Below, piece after piece: positions 1-13,064 of a stretch of 64,000 nt of DNA. The stretch lies in contig NC_135767.1 in NCBI RefSeq assembly GCF_052425735.1, positions 21,390,001 through 21,454,000 on the forward strand. Reading direction: 5' to 3'. The notes under the pieces are model-generated. The model saw only the letters and a list, made by a program, of their open reading frames with translations. It had not been told where the DNA came from and searched no databases. The position numbers and the translations under genes are program-made. How positions within the stretch are numbered: position 1 is the stretch's first letter; every line of letters starts with the position of its first letter. This DNA comes from Oculina patagonica. Lineage: Eukaryota.

Positions 1-2449
1 AGAATGCCCGATTCAGTGTTTCATAATATATTTTTCCTTTTTGAAAGTCTCTTACGAGCAAGCTTAATGCATTGTGGCAAAACCCATCATTACTTGTAAG
101 GCTTGGACATTTAAAACAAACAAAACAACCCATGAAATATAAGAAAAGTTGACTGATTGTTACCTTGAATTTGAATCTTGCAGGATGCTTCACAAGCGCA
201 TCGAATACGTAGGTGATAAATGATTAGTTGCGACTTGTTTTGCCAGTTTTAAACTTTTATTAAATGTGGGCCGTCTTTATCAAGGGGCCGTCTTTATCAG
301 CTTTAATGCTTCTCTCAAATTAAATGCAAATGCCTTTGCATTTTAATAACGGGAAGTCTTTCGAGACAGATGGCACAATTTGAAAATGAACTACCTTAAC
401 TTTCCAATACAGCACTTTATTAGGGCGTTTATCTTTACAAAATCGCGGTGTTTTGTTTTAGCTTTCGACAAGACTTGAATCACTGCCTAAATTGTACATA
501 AAAGTTGTCGGTATATGTTTTCAGTTGATAGAACTCTCTCAGAATATGTTAATTGTCGGAAAACTGTTTAATTAACAGACTGAACTGGCTAAAAAACTGA
601 CATCAAATAATACAAACGGCGCCTTTATGTCCATTGCTTCTTCGGTTTGTATTGTGATTAAAATGAGACTAATAAGAGGATATGCTCAAAGTCTAATTAA
701 CCACACTGACATGAAGTTTTCAGACAACAGCTGTCGCACTTTATTAGTCAGCCTCCGTTTCGATCACTTGAAGCGAAAAGTTTTTCCTTTTTTTGTTATA
801 TACGCGCCTGGGAGCGGCTGAGGCATTTTGAAAGCTATGATTATAGCGAAGATTGCTGTGGCACAAAACAGCAATAATTTGTTAGTCGCCAGGATGTGTA
901 GTTTAACAGTCTTTTCTATTGACATCAGGTTAACAAGCTGCACACAGGATCAAATACTTAATATGTTGGTTTTCAATTATTTGAAAAGCCTAATTATATA
1001 TTTATTTTGGGAATCTTGCAGTGTTGCAGAGATGAAATGAAGACGAACTGTTTTATCGTAATACATTGATAAAATAAGTTAGTTCCGTCAGCGATGATGT
1101 TTGCAAAATAGCCGTCCCTTTCTAGTGTAATCAACGAGGAAAGTACGTAGAAATAGGAATATGAAGGCGCACTTCTAGAACCGCAAAGTAGGGCGGGTAT
1201 ATATGTTTAGATGACTCTCAGTGATTGAGGAGAATTGGGGCGAGTGAAAGCCTGGTCCCAATTCTCTTTTCGTCTTTTTTGACACGCCCCAAAGATCGCT
1301 CCGCGTTTAATTGATTCAACGAGCCAACTTATTGATCGTTCGCAAAGAACAATTTGTTCTAGTCAGTAATAAAACAGTAACCGCTGTATTATCGATGATA
1401 CATGATAAATGATAGCGATATTCGTTGCCTCGTCAACTGTCACTATCCGGTTTTGTCTTTTCGAGAATTAAATTATCAAGAAATATTTCTTAATCTTTCT
1501 CCGAAACTTCAGAGAAACAAGAAAACGCCACCATTTTTTAGACAATCTCCAGCCACTGCGTACTAATGACTGACAGCATACAAAATATCTCAGCAATGAG
1601 ATTACAGCATTGCATTAGCCAACTAGTACAATTTTTCTAAAACTCTATAGAAACACGAAATATTTGCAACAGATATTTTTATTTTCAAGGGGAATCTGTT
1701 TTCGTTACGGAAAGGTTAGAATGGAAGCCAGCTACCATAAAATTGTGTTCACGAAAAGAGTGTTATCGCTTCTCGAGTGCTCTCCAAACTCCCGATTGCA
1801 TTCATTACTTGAAAGATGCACAGCTATATATAAGTATCGATCAATATTTTTGGCAATGAAAGCGTCAGGGATCGAGAATAAGTCGCTAGGTTGGTGTGTC
1901 AAAAAAATAAAGACTGATTTCAGCTTTAATGTAATTCAATATTTGTTGCATAACATGTTTTACATACATAATGTACGCTTTATCTCGACAAATTCAACAT
2001 TTGGAGGATATTCCATCTGGTTTTAAACTTGAACTGTGGCGCAAACATACATCTCCATCTTAACGTCAGGTGACCGTTAATGACAAAGCTGAATAATACA
2101 ATGCTTGCCTTCCTATAATATATATTATGGTTAAAAAGTTTTGATTTTTAAAACTGGGCACAATAATGGATAAAATAACAAGAACTGTTAAATTAATATG
2201 GACTACTTCAGTAAAACTTCCTTTCACAAAAATTCCTTATTTGTTTCTATTACTATCACTACAAAACAACTTCAAGAATATGAAGAGATCGCTTGGATCA
2301 TATTTGAAACGAATACCGAGCGAAATCTTAGTCACGTAAACAAGGCGAAATTTTCCTTTGAAGGTAAATCTCGCCTTCCTTTAATAATACACCAGCATCT
2401 TCTCAAACCAGATCACAAATTATCGATCGTTTTCTGTCATACAGGTCGT

Positions 2450-3783
2450 TCACTCAGTGGGATTGGTCGACTCCTCGATATATTTAAAGCTGAGTAACGT
2501 TATCGCCGATCCGTTCAGTTCCACTGTTGACAACCCGCCATCCAAAACTTTTCCAACTGCTAACTTGTTTTGGTTTCCATGTCGACTCGATTCCCCGCGA
2601 CAGATAATTTTGCTGAGGGATTCACGGTACTTTGGCATACGCCACGCGTAGACAAACGGATCTAACAGGACTTTCAAGTAAAGCAGGTTATCCACCATCA
2701 AGTTTGCAATCAGATCATTCGCGAAAAAAACATTGTCTTTAGAAAACATGTGTATTGTCCAAAAAATAGCTCCGGGCATGTTACATACAATCAACACAGT
2801 TAGCAGCATAAAATTCACACGGACAAAGTTGCGTTGCACTTGGATGTGCTTTCCGCTGTCTTGCGTCTCCGTTTGACCTCGAAGAGAGTTTCCTGCCGCC
2901 ATCTTCTTTTTCATCACGAAATGTAAAAGAATGTAAATAGCGATAGTCACAAAGGCTGAGAGATAACTGTGAATAAACAGGTCCATATAAAACTGAATAT
3001 TTTTGAGACATCCCCGTTAAATGCAGGCACCAGAACGCTGCTGAGTAAAGGTAGATCACTGCAACGCTTATCAACACTTTCCTCTTTGTCACCAAGCGGC
3101 CGTACTTCACAGGCGATGAAACTACGATGTACTGCGTCACGGTAAACGCTAAAATGATAAGAAAGGACGTGGTTATACCAAAAGCGCTTAAATATACAGT
3201 CAACTCTCTCTAAAACGGACACCTTCGGGACCGGCTTTAACTGTGCGTCTCAGAGAGGTGTCCGCCTTTTAGGGAGTTTAGTTACATTAAAATGACTGAA
3301 AACCGGCAGGGACGGGACCACTTCCAGGTGTCCTTCTTATGGAGGTGTCTATCCGTTTTATAGAGGTGTCCGTTAAGAGAGAGTTGACTGTAACCCATAG
3401 TTCAAGACATGTGGACATTTCTTCATCAAAGGATGCTGAAAATACAACAGCGTAACACAAGTGGCGTTTATGGGTTCTACAGTCAGTGCTGTTAGTAAGT
3501 CGACTATAGCCAAACCGATGAGATAATACGTGGTTGGGTTGCGAAAGATTTTCAATGGATCGACGCAGAAAGCGAGAAGAATAAGACCGTTTGCCAAGAT
3601 GGTGACAAACAAGGCGACAAACATGAAGATAGCTGAACCAAACGCAGCCTTGATAAAACCTTCCCATGGGTTGCGTCCAACAACAGGATGAGTAGCGTTT
3701 GCCAGAGAGGAACCGTTGTCGGTTGAATTGCTGTTAAGCATGATTTCCATTGTGGAATTAAAGGCTTCACTCGCTAACTGCAT
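2450..3783 (-). pseudogene. Atypical class A GPCR copy 1 (subfamily A), disrupted
   Basis: ORFs 3373-3783, 2781-3203 and 2450-2986 join into one 7TM protein. It is interrupted by the MITE at 3197-3390 (removal restores NYGL-YLSAFG) and by a +1 in the T run 3000-3004. Confidence 0.9.
3197..3390. mobile_element. Tc1/mariner-pogo type MITE inside GPCR copy 1
   Basis: TIRs CAGTCAACTCTCTCTAAAACGGACACC / GGTGTCCGTTAAGAGAGAGTTGACTG; TA duplicated at 3195-96 and 3391-92. Confidence 0.92.
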
Positions 3784-5789
3784 GTTCTAGGTGGCAATCG
3801 AACGAATAATCTCCGTGATGATTTTTTGGCTGTGATTCAAAGCAGCCTTTACGTTCAGAGGAAACATTGACCTTAATGGCTGCAACTGTCGCTTATTCTT
3901 CCTTTAAGAAGTATTTCCATCATTTAATTTCTCATGAATATTTATCTTTAATTGTTCGTTTCCAGCTGATTTATCCAGACTGATATACAATTATTTCACC
4001 CACTGGTGTTAATAAAGCGACCTCCCAAATGGCCTTAATGCTTTCTCTCCTGGACTTGTAGAATATTAGTTTCCCCGAAGTGGTCGTCATATGCCAGCTA
4101 ATTTATCCTTTTCAAGCTTTCGTGATAAGAAATTCGGCGAGTTTAAAAATAGAATAAAACTTGCGAAGACAAATATTTTTGCATGCAAGGTTGATGTGCC
4201 AGTAACTTCTGAGCCAGTATCACATATACATATATTAATTATTCCCTAAATTAAAGAAGCCCTCTCAAATGACTATGAGGAAGAGAATGACCAAGATCAA
4301 CGTTGTTAGATTCCCAAGTAAGAGAGAAATGAAGTAAATTTTCAAGTCTCTGAAGAATGCTTTTAATTCCTGATAATTGCACACACGCTATCTTTAAATT
4401 TCAGGGTTTTATTCTAGGTGTATGGCAAAAAGCAATCTTACTGCAGCTGGCATCAGGATGTTAAAATTCGGACTGAGAGAAAAATGAGTGTTTCAATAAT
4501 TTCACCCACGCTATCTTCAAATTACAGAATTTAATGTTAGGTGTATGCCAAGCAGCAATCTCACATTCAGCTTTACCAAAACTTTGTTCTCATTTAAGCG
4601 CCACTTATTAGTTCTGGGTGTTTTGAAAAAAAGAAAAGAAATACTTACCAGGTTTAATTTGAGCTACTCTATTCATGACGTTGACATATGTGCAGTTTCA
4701 TACATTGTCTCATGGCCTAGGTTCTCTTTGTTGAAATACAATTATCATGATAGCATATAGTGAAAGCGAAAGGATTGATATTGCAAGTGAATATAAAGCT
4801 AAACAAAGTAAGATATAAACTGTCAAAAGGAACTGAGCCGTGCCATCCACAAGAAATTAAAAATGTCCATTTACCGAATTTTCCTTTAATGTGGCATATA
4901 TGTTCAAACAGTTTCATACAGTTTTATTTTGTTATTTTGTTTTGGACTCCATATGATTGACTTAAACAAGAGGAACCAAAAAACAAATGATATTCTTTTG
5001 ACAAATATACAAGAAACTCATTAACTAGATCACATCCCGCTGTAGTTGTTTAGTAACAGAACTTCGCAAACAGATACTAATTATCTTAAAACCTCCCTCG
5101 CCTTCCCAACAAGCTTATAAACTGTTCGAAGGTGTGTCATAAAGTTTGACTGACATTGAACACAATCACATTACTTTGAACGTGTCTGTTATATGTTAAC
5201 AAAGAGCAAAAACCCTTACTTTGTGATACATATTTGTTTATTGACGATTAATGTACACATTTCGCATTCAGTGTAATGTTTGGAGAACACTTCAACAACA
5301 ATAATTAACGAAAACGTCTACATTTTTACGAGAAAGACCATTATTTATATGCAATGGTTCTATTTTCGTTCACTTAAAAAGCTTAATATAACATATGGTT
5401 TTTACAGACAATCGTTCTGCGTTTGAACATAAAAGCTAAATACAACACTGTTAATCTTTCTTTCAATATATATTACGGGACTATCTTGAAGTATCATGAC
5501 TTTAGTTGTCTCAACTGTATGCAGAAATATACATACCTAATCAGTATATAATAAACATATTAGGGCTGCTTCAACATCCACACGCATTCATTTACGAAAG
5601 TCCTCGTATTCTTTTATTTTTCGGCCGAAACATGATTGAAATGATACATCGCTACAGTCAAGCTAAAACTTTGACCGTCCTAAATATTTATACATTTTTT
5701 CGGACGACTCCACTTTTATTTATTATATTTTTAAAGCTAACTGCCTATCTATTCATTTCTATTGCTGACAATTCACCATGGAGACTTAG

Positions 5790-7558
5790 TCAAGTTGTCA
5801 CCTTGCTATCGTTTTTAATTCGACTTGATTCTCCGTCTTTATCATTTTCTGTCATACAGGACGTTCGCTCAATGGGAACGGTCGACACCTCGATATTTTT
5901 AAAGCTTAGTAAAGTTATCGCTGATTTGTTCAGTTCTGTTGAAAGTTCACCATCATGGCTTATTCCAACGGCTAACGTGTTTTGGTTTCCATTTTGAATC
6001 GATTCTCTGTCGATATTTTTGCGACAAACAATCTTGTTCAGGGACTCACGGTTCTTTGGCATGCGCCACGCGTAGACGAACGGATCTAACAGGAATTTCA
6101 AGTAAAGCAGGTTATCCACCATCAAATTTGCAATAAGATCATTTGCGGTAAAAACGTTGTCTTTGGTAAACTTGTGTATTGTCCAAAAGACAACTCCGGG
6201 CATGCTACATACAATTAACACGGCAAGCAGCATGAAATTTACACGGACAAAGTTGCGCTGCACTTGGATGTGCTTTCCGGTGTCTTGCGTCTCCGTTTGG
6301 CCTCGAAGAGGGTTTCCAGCCGCCATCTTCTTCTGAGGGTCAGAATGGGGGTACCTCGATAACACTAAACATTTATTTTTTTGGCTCTGTAACATAAAAC
6401 AGTTATATTTTAAGCATTTTAACACTAACAGTAAAAAAATTCACTGTAACAGTAATTTTTATCCAGAAAGAAACAAAAACGGCTCCAAAAAGGTCAATAT
6501 TATTTTGTTCAGTATATCAAGAAGTTGTCGGCCATTTTCCGATGATTCCCGATCATTTCGGAATATTTCCAAAGACTACCGAAGATTTCCGAAGGCTACC
6601 GAATATGTCCGGAGACTACCGAAGATGTCCGTAGATGTCCGAGGCGAAAACACACAGCACAGGCTCAAAGTTTATGAGTGATTTCATTACCGATTTTCGA
6701 AGAGCAGATAAGAATTTACAATGCTAAAGGACTATGGGTTTTTACGAAAAACCCTCCAAACGCTTAACAGTATTTTCTCTGGAAACAGTAAACATAAAAA
6801 AAAATTGGCAAATTTAACAGCAAACACTAAAAATATGGGCAAATAACACTAAACACCAAACCCCATTCAGACCCTCTCTTCTTCATCACGAGATGTAAAA
6901 GAATGTAGATAGCGATAATGACAAAGACCGAGAGATAACTGTGGACAAACAGGTCTATATATAACTGAATATCTTGTGACACACCCATTAAATACAGGCA
7001 CCAAAAGGCTGCTGAGTAAAGGTAGATGACTGCAACACTAATCAAGACTTTCCTCTTTGTCACCAAATGACCGTACTTCAGAGGCGATGAAACGACGATG
7101 TACTGCGTCACGGTAAAGACTAAAACGATGAAAAAGGACGCCGCCATACCAAAAGCGCCAAAATAAAACCCAAAGTCCATGATAGGTGGGCATTTTATCA
7201 CCAAAGGATGTTGAAGGTATAGCAGTGTAAAACATGTGGCGAATATGGGTTCTACACTGAGCGCTGTTACTATGTCGACTATGGCCAAACCGATGAGAAA
7301 ATACGTGGTTGGCTTGCGAAAGATTTTCAGCGGATCGACACAGAAAGCAAGAAGAAGAAGGTTGTTGGCCAAGATGGTGACAAACATGGACACAAACATG
7401 AAGATAGCTGAACTAAAGGCAGCCTTGATAAAAGCTTTGTATGGGTTGTTTGAAAAACCAGAATGTGTTGTATTCACCGGAGAGGAAGCGTTGTCGGTTG
7501 AATTGCTGTCAAGCATGATTTCCATTGTGGAATTGAAGGCTTCACTTGCTAACTGCAT
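5790..7558 (-). pseudogene. Atypical class A GPCR copy 2 (subfamily A), interrupted in ICL3
   Basis: ORF 6827-7558 (TM1-5) and ORF 5790-6425 (TM6-7 and tail) are split by the 542-bp insertion 6335-6876; no other lesion seen. Confidence 0.88.
6335..6876. mobile_element. Non-autonomous TIR element with GAG...CTC termini
   Basis: TIRs GAGGGTCAGAATGGGG / CCCCATTCAGACCCTC (15/16 match); flanked by TCTTCT on both sides (TSD of 3 or 6 bp, ambiguous in a CTT run). Confidence 0.85.
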
Positions 7559-9530
7559 GTTTTAAGTGGAAATCGAACAGACGATCTCGGTGATGATTTT
7601 TTGGCTATGATTCAAAGCAGCCTTCAACTTCAGAGGAAACAGTGACGGTAATAACCGCATCTGTCGCTTGTTCTTCCTTAAGGCATTATTTCCATCGAAT
7701 ACTTTTTCATGAAGATTTATCTTTAATTGCTCCTTTCCAGCTGATTTATCCAGTCCGATTTTTAATCATTGCTTAACCAACTTCTGTTAAAGAAGCGACC
7801 TCCCAAATGGCCTGAATGCTTTCTCCCCAGGACATAGAGAATATTAGTTTCTTCAAAGTGGACAGGTCCTCACATGCCAGTTAATGAAAACTTCAGGGAG
7901 GTTAAAAATAGAACTAAATTTGTGAAGAGGAATATTTTTGGATGGGAGCTTGATGTGCCAATTATCTTCTGAGCTAAATTAAACAGGTCATCTCAAAAGA
8001 ATATAAAAAAGGGAATTTTCCAGATCAACAGATGTTGTATTCCCGAGTGAGAGCAAAATGAAATTAATTTTCAAGTCTCTGAAGAGTGCTTTCCTGATTA
8101 TTGTACTCACGCTATCTTTAAATTACGGAGTTTAATTTTACAGCTTTACTAATTTTTTTTTTCTAATTTAAGCGCTACTTCTTAACTCTATGTGTTTTGA
8201 AAAGAATACTTATTGAGTCTAATTTGAATAAATGACCTTGAAATATGTGCAGTTTCAACCATTCTCTCATGGCCTAGGTTCTCTTTGTTGGACTAGAATT
8301 TCGGTTAATTGTCTCTTCATTATCGTGATAGCGTAGAGTGAAAGCCAACGGATCGATATTGGAAGGGAATATAAAGCCACCTAAAGAAAGACACAATCAC
8401 TGTCAATTGGAATTGAGCTGTGCTATGCAAAATAAACAATTCCTTAACCTAGTTTTCCTTGTCATGCGTTTAAAATGTGTTTTTAACCGTGTAAAATGCA
8501 GGAGAAAGATAATGAACCTTCACAAAGTACAACATCAAGTAAGCAATCAACTATTCTGTTGATTAGAAGTTCACGTGACTGCCATGATGCAAAGAGGTTC
8601 ATTTCTTTCAGTGCAGTTGCTAACAGTAACTTAACCGGTCTTTTACTCTCAAAAGTGCCAAAGATAAAATCCGTAGTGGTAATTTGAACAATATTAAAAA
8701 AGGTTCAGATTACAAGTGACTTACTCGCAGAAAAGGGCGTAACATAAAGTGACATACGGTATCTTTTGACACCGAAATACAAAAAAGTTTCTCTGCATAT
8801 TAGCTAGATCATATCCCAACGTTGTATAATAATAGAACTCAGCAAACAGATAGTAAATACCTTAAAACCTCACTCGAAAACCTTTTAAGCTGTCGAGAAC
8901 ATGAGATATTTGAAGGCGTGTCCTAAAGTTTGACTGACGTTTGGTTTGTCAATCACACTTCTTTGTTGGTGTAAAAGCGTAAAAACGGTTACTGCATAAT
9001 ATGTACATGTTTATTATATACTATGTGCAAAATTTGCAATCAATATAGTGTTTGGAGAACACTATATTTGGAACGAAGAATGATTAACGAAAATTTAACA
9101 TCTACATTTTTACAAAAAATACCATTTTTTTTTACAGGCAACTGTTATATTTTCGTTCATTTAAAGTAAAAGCCAAATACAACATACAGATTTTACAGAC
9201 AACTGTTCGTGTGTTTTATAAAAAGCTGAATACAACAATTAATTGCTTATATGATCTCTTTCAATATATGTTACAGGACTACGTTGACTAAGTTCATTGT
9301 CTCAATTCCTTTTGGGTACAGAAATATACATGGCTATATGACAGGACTTGGTAAACATATATGGGCTGCTTTAGCATGCATGCAGGAGCATTCTCTTGAC
9401 GAAGCCCTCGTCGAAACACATAATTGAAATAATGCATCGCTACAGTCAAGCTGAAACTCTGACCGAAAGTGTAATTCAACGTGCTAAAATATTTATATAT
9501 TTTGTCATGACTTTCTGTCTCAAGGGACAT

Positions 9531-9708
9531 TCACTCAATAGCAACAGACAACTCCTCTATTTGTTTTAAACTTAGTAAAGTTATCGCCGGTCTGTACATT
9601 TTAGCTAGTGACAATTCATTATCGCGACTAAGTCCAGTTGAAGAAGTACTATCGTTATTCATTTCGACTCAAATCTCTGTCAATATCTTTCTCTGTCCTA
9701 CAGGACGT
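9531..9708 (-). pseudogene. Duplicated GPCR C-terminal tail behind the copy 3 stop
   Basis: Minus strand reads ...GLSRDNELSLAKMYRPAITLLSLKQIEELSVAIE*, homologous to the family tail. Confidence 0.75.
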
Positions 9709-10861
9709 TCACTCAATGGGAACGGTGACACCTCGATATTTTTAAAGCTTAGTAAAGTTATCGCTGATCTGTTCAGTTCTGTTGAAAGTTCACCATCATG
9801 GCTTACTCCAGCGGCTAACAGGTTCTGATTTTCATTTCGACTGGATTCTCTTTCGATACTTCTGCGACAAACAATCTTGTTCAGGGACTCTCGGTACTTT
9901 GGCATGCGCCACGCGTAGACGAGCGGGTCAAACAGGAATTTCAGGTAAAGCAGGTTATCCATCATCAAATTTGCGATCACAACAGTTATTGCAGAAGGAG
10001 CATACTTTTCTTCCATGAACAGCCTTATGGTTATTGTGATCACTGTAGGCAAGAAACACACAATTAAAGCGATTTAAAGTAATACGTTCAAGCGAAGAAA
10101 GTTTCGTTGTACTTGAGTATGTTTACTCTCCTCGCGGGAAGCACCCTCGTTTCTAAGTGAGTTCGCTGCCGCCATTTTCCTTTTCATAGTGTAATGCAGA
10201 AGGATGTAGAAAACAATGGTGATCAGGACCAATGTATAGTTGTGAAGGAACAGTTCTACAAAATCTTTAATTTTCTTTGGAACACCCATCAAAGTCAAGC
10301 AAGAGAAGATTGCAGTGTAGACATAGATGAACAGAACGCTAATTAGGACTTTCTTCTACTTGTCACCAAACGGCCATACTTTAGAGGCGATGCAACCACG
10401 ATGTACTGCGTCACGGTAAAGGCAAAAACGATTATCAAAGATATAGTTATAGAACAAGATGCAAAATAACCAGCAAACTCCATGAAAGGTTGACATTTCC
10501 ATGTCAAAGGATGTTGCAAGTACAGGAACATGAAACAAGTGGCGTATATGGGTTCTTGAACCAGTCCTGTTAATAAGTCGACTATGGCTAAACCGATGAG
10601 AAAATACGTGGTTGTGTTGCGGAAGATTTTCAGTGGGTCGATGCAGAGAACGAGAAGAAGAAGGCTGTTGGCCAAAATTGTGACAAATGAGACGACAAAC
10701 ATGAAGATAGCTGAACCAAAGGCAGCTTTGAAAAAATCCTCAAATGGGTTGCCTCCATCTGCAGGAATTGAAGTGTTTGCCAGATTGGTATCGTTGTCGG
10801 TTGAATTGCTGTTGAGCATGATATCCAAACTGGAATTGAAGGCTTCGTTTGATAACGAAAT
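9709..10861 (-). pseudogene. Atypical class A GPCR copy 3 (subfamily A), multiple lesions
   Basis: The position of the paralogs' first ATG reads ATT (10859-61; next ATG at 10819). 2-bp insertion near 10358, in-frame TAA at 10074-76, 1-bp deletion near 9726. Confidence 0.9.
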
Positions 10862-11951
10862 CTTTCAAATGACACTCGAAGTCCACGAATTATCTGCGGC
10901 AGCGATATTTGCTGGGTTGTGGATACAGTATTTGTGGTACACTAGTGCAGATGTGTCACTTGTGAGTCTGCTTTAATAAGGACACGGGAAAACTGCAGAA
11001 AAACGTACAACAGAAAAACCTGGAACGATCTCTAAGTTCTAAACGAACGCCTTAATGGCCACATCTGACTTTTGTCGATCCTTAAAGTATATTGTTTTCA
11101 AGGGATAATGGTTCGTCCAAATTTAACTTTAATAGGTTGCTTCCAACTGGTTTGTTCAAACCGACATTCTTTGTCCACTTTTGATTGAACTGCACAATTC
11201 CATTTCTTCTTCGTATTGAGTCAGGAGATTAACAGCAATTGACAGTTCCATTCTTCGGTCGCATTGTTTGAGAGATTCACATGAAGAGGATGTCTTTGTT
11301 AATTAGGATTTTTTCATTATCGACGAAAATACCAAAAAAAAACAAACAAAGCAAAACCAACAGTTCAATCTTAAGGAGGCTCAATGGAACAGACAGTTTT
11401 ACCGATACAACTGTTTTGCAAAAACTCGACGGGAAACCTTTGGACAAGTTCGTCTTGAAATGTGTTTTACCATCTGGTCAGTAGAGACGCATTTTTTAAT
11501 GCGTTATATAATCACTAATTGATTTTTCGGTGAGCGTTTAAAATTGAAATTATTATCGCACGGAGTCTCTCTTTTAAATGGGGACCAACGGATCAACAGT
11601 GTGAGGATGCAAGGAAAAAATTGTTAGTTGACGTTCAATTTAAGTAGAAAGAAGATTTAATTTTTGAATGGAAAAAGATCGATGAAAAGCCAGTTAAAAG
11701 TTCCGATTGAATTCTTGATAATAGGTATTGCTTCACGCTTGTTTTGTCGACTCTGATAGGGTTGAAGTCAGGGTTTTATCCCGCCTTTCAAGGAAAAGAT
11801 CCTAGAAATGTTATGAGCGCGATATAAGTGGTTTTCTATTGATAGTATATTTTAGGTGCACCATAATAGCAACTATAATACAGGGAGCTAGATAAAATCA
11901 CGCGGACACCAGAGCAAACAATTAACAATGCACTTCAGTTTATGCTGATGT

Positions 11952-13064
11952 TTAGTCCGGAGAAATGCTTTTAAAATCCAGAGTGATCACAGTCTCACGT
12001 GACTTGCTCATCCGGGCTACAACGCGGTCACTGAACGTTGACGTGGTCTCAGCCTCTTCTCTGCCACAGCGAAGGACAATCTTGAGCGCCTGACGATACT
12101 TGGGAATTCTCCACGCGTACACAAACGGGTCAAGCAGGAATTTCAGGTAAAGCACGTTCTCCACCATAAGAAAACTAATGAGAACTCTTGGACTCGGAGG
12201 GTCTTCGAATACGTTCCCGTATAAATTGATACTCCACAGAATCACTGAAGGCTGAGAGCAAAGAAACAAAATGGCGATGAGAAGAAAATTAACGGTGATA
12301 AATTTTCGTTCCAGTGTCGTTTGTCTGTCATTTCGACATCCTCCTATGCCGTTATCTTCTCGGCGAAGATTTTTAGAAGCGGCCATTTTCTTCTTGAAAG
12401 CAACGTGCAAAAGGATGTAAAAGATTATAGTGAGATATGTAATAACAAATGAGTGGAAAATGTGATCAATTTTGTAGTGGATATCTTCGGGGACACCCAT
12501 CATACCCAAAAAGCTAAAAAATATAGCGTACGCATATATTGATATCACGGCTAACATTACACGCGTTTTGGTAACTTTAAGGGCATAGTTCAAAGGCGAA
12601 ATCACGACAATGTATTGTGTGACGGTAAAAGCCAACACGATAAGAAACGAAGCATTCCAGGCAGCAAGTGATATCGTTTGTCCTGTCTCAATGAGAGGTT
12701 TACATGTAGAAGCAGTGTCAGGGTGTCCGAGATACATCATTATGAAACATGTAGCGTTCATGGGCTGCTGAGTTGTGGCTGTTAAAATATCGACTAGGGC
12801 AAGACCGATCAGGAAATACGTGGTGGCGTTCTGGAATACCTTGAAAGGATCGAAGAAGAAAACCAAAAGTAACAAGCCGTTTGCCACGATGCTTGTGAAT
12901 GAAACGACGATTATGTAGATTGCGGAGCCAAAAGCGAACTTGTGGAACTCACGATAAGGGTTAGGCATAGCAACTGATGGCTGTGGTATAGTCAGTGGAC
13001 ATGATGAAGAATTTCCAGTGAAATTTGCTGTTAAGTTGCATCCTAATGCTGTTAAAGGTTCCAT
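11952..13064 (-). CDS. Atypical class A GPCR copy 4 (subfamily B), 370 aa
   Basis: Seven hydrophobic segments, TM1 Asn, LALVD, TQY, CSQP, LKFLLDPFVY, N-terminal glycosylation sequons. Confidence 0.93.
   Translation of the reverse strand: MEPLTALGCNLTANFTGNSSSCPLTIPQPSVAMPNPYREFHKFAFGSAIYIIVVSFTSIVANGLLLLVFFFDPFKVFQNATTYFLIGLALVDILTATTQQPMNATCFIMMYLGHPDTASTCKPLIETGQTISLAAWNASFLIVLAFTVTQYIVVISPLNYALKVTKTRVMLAVISIYAYAIFFSFLGMMGVPEDIHYKIDHIFHSFVITYLTIIFYILLHVAFKKKMAASKNLRREDNGIGGCRNDRQTTLERKFITVNFLLIAILFLCSQPSVILWSINLYGNVFEDPPSPRVLISFLMVENVLYLKFLLDPFVYAWRIPKYRQALKIVLRCGREEAETTSTFSDRVVARMSKSRETVITLDFKSISPD

Larger units (their letters stand above)
3784..9480. repeat. Tandem segmental duplication of gene plus upstream region
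   Basis: About 3784-5600 aligns by eye with about 7559-9480 (e.g. aagcgacctcccaaatggcc, catggcctaggttctctttgttg, gtgtttggagaacact). Confidence 0.85.

Noticed and set aside
1-2440. Short ORFs in the first 2.4 kb and other AT-rich spacers
   Set aside because: No recognisable motifs, often non-ATG starts; consistent with chance.
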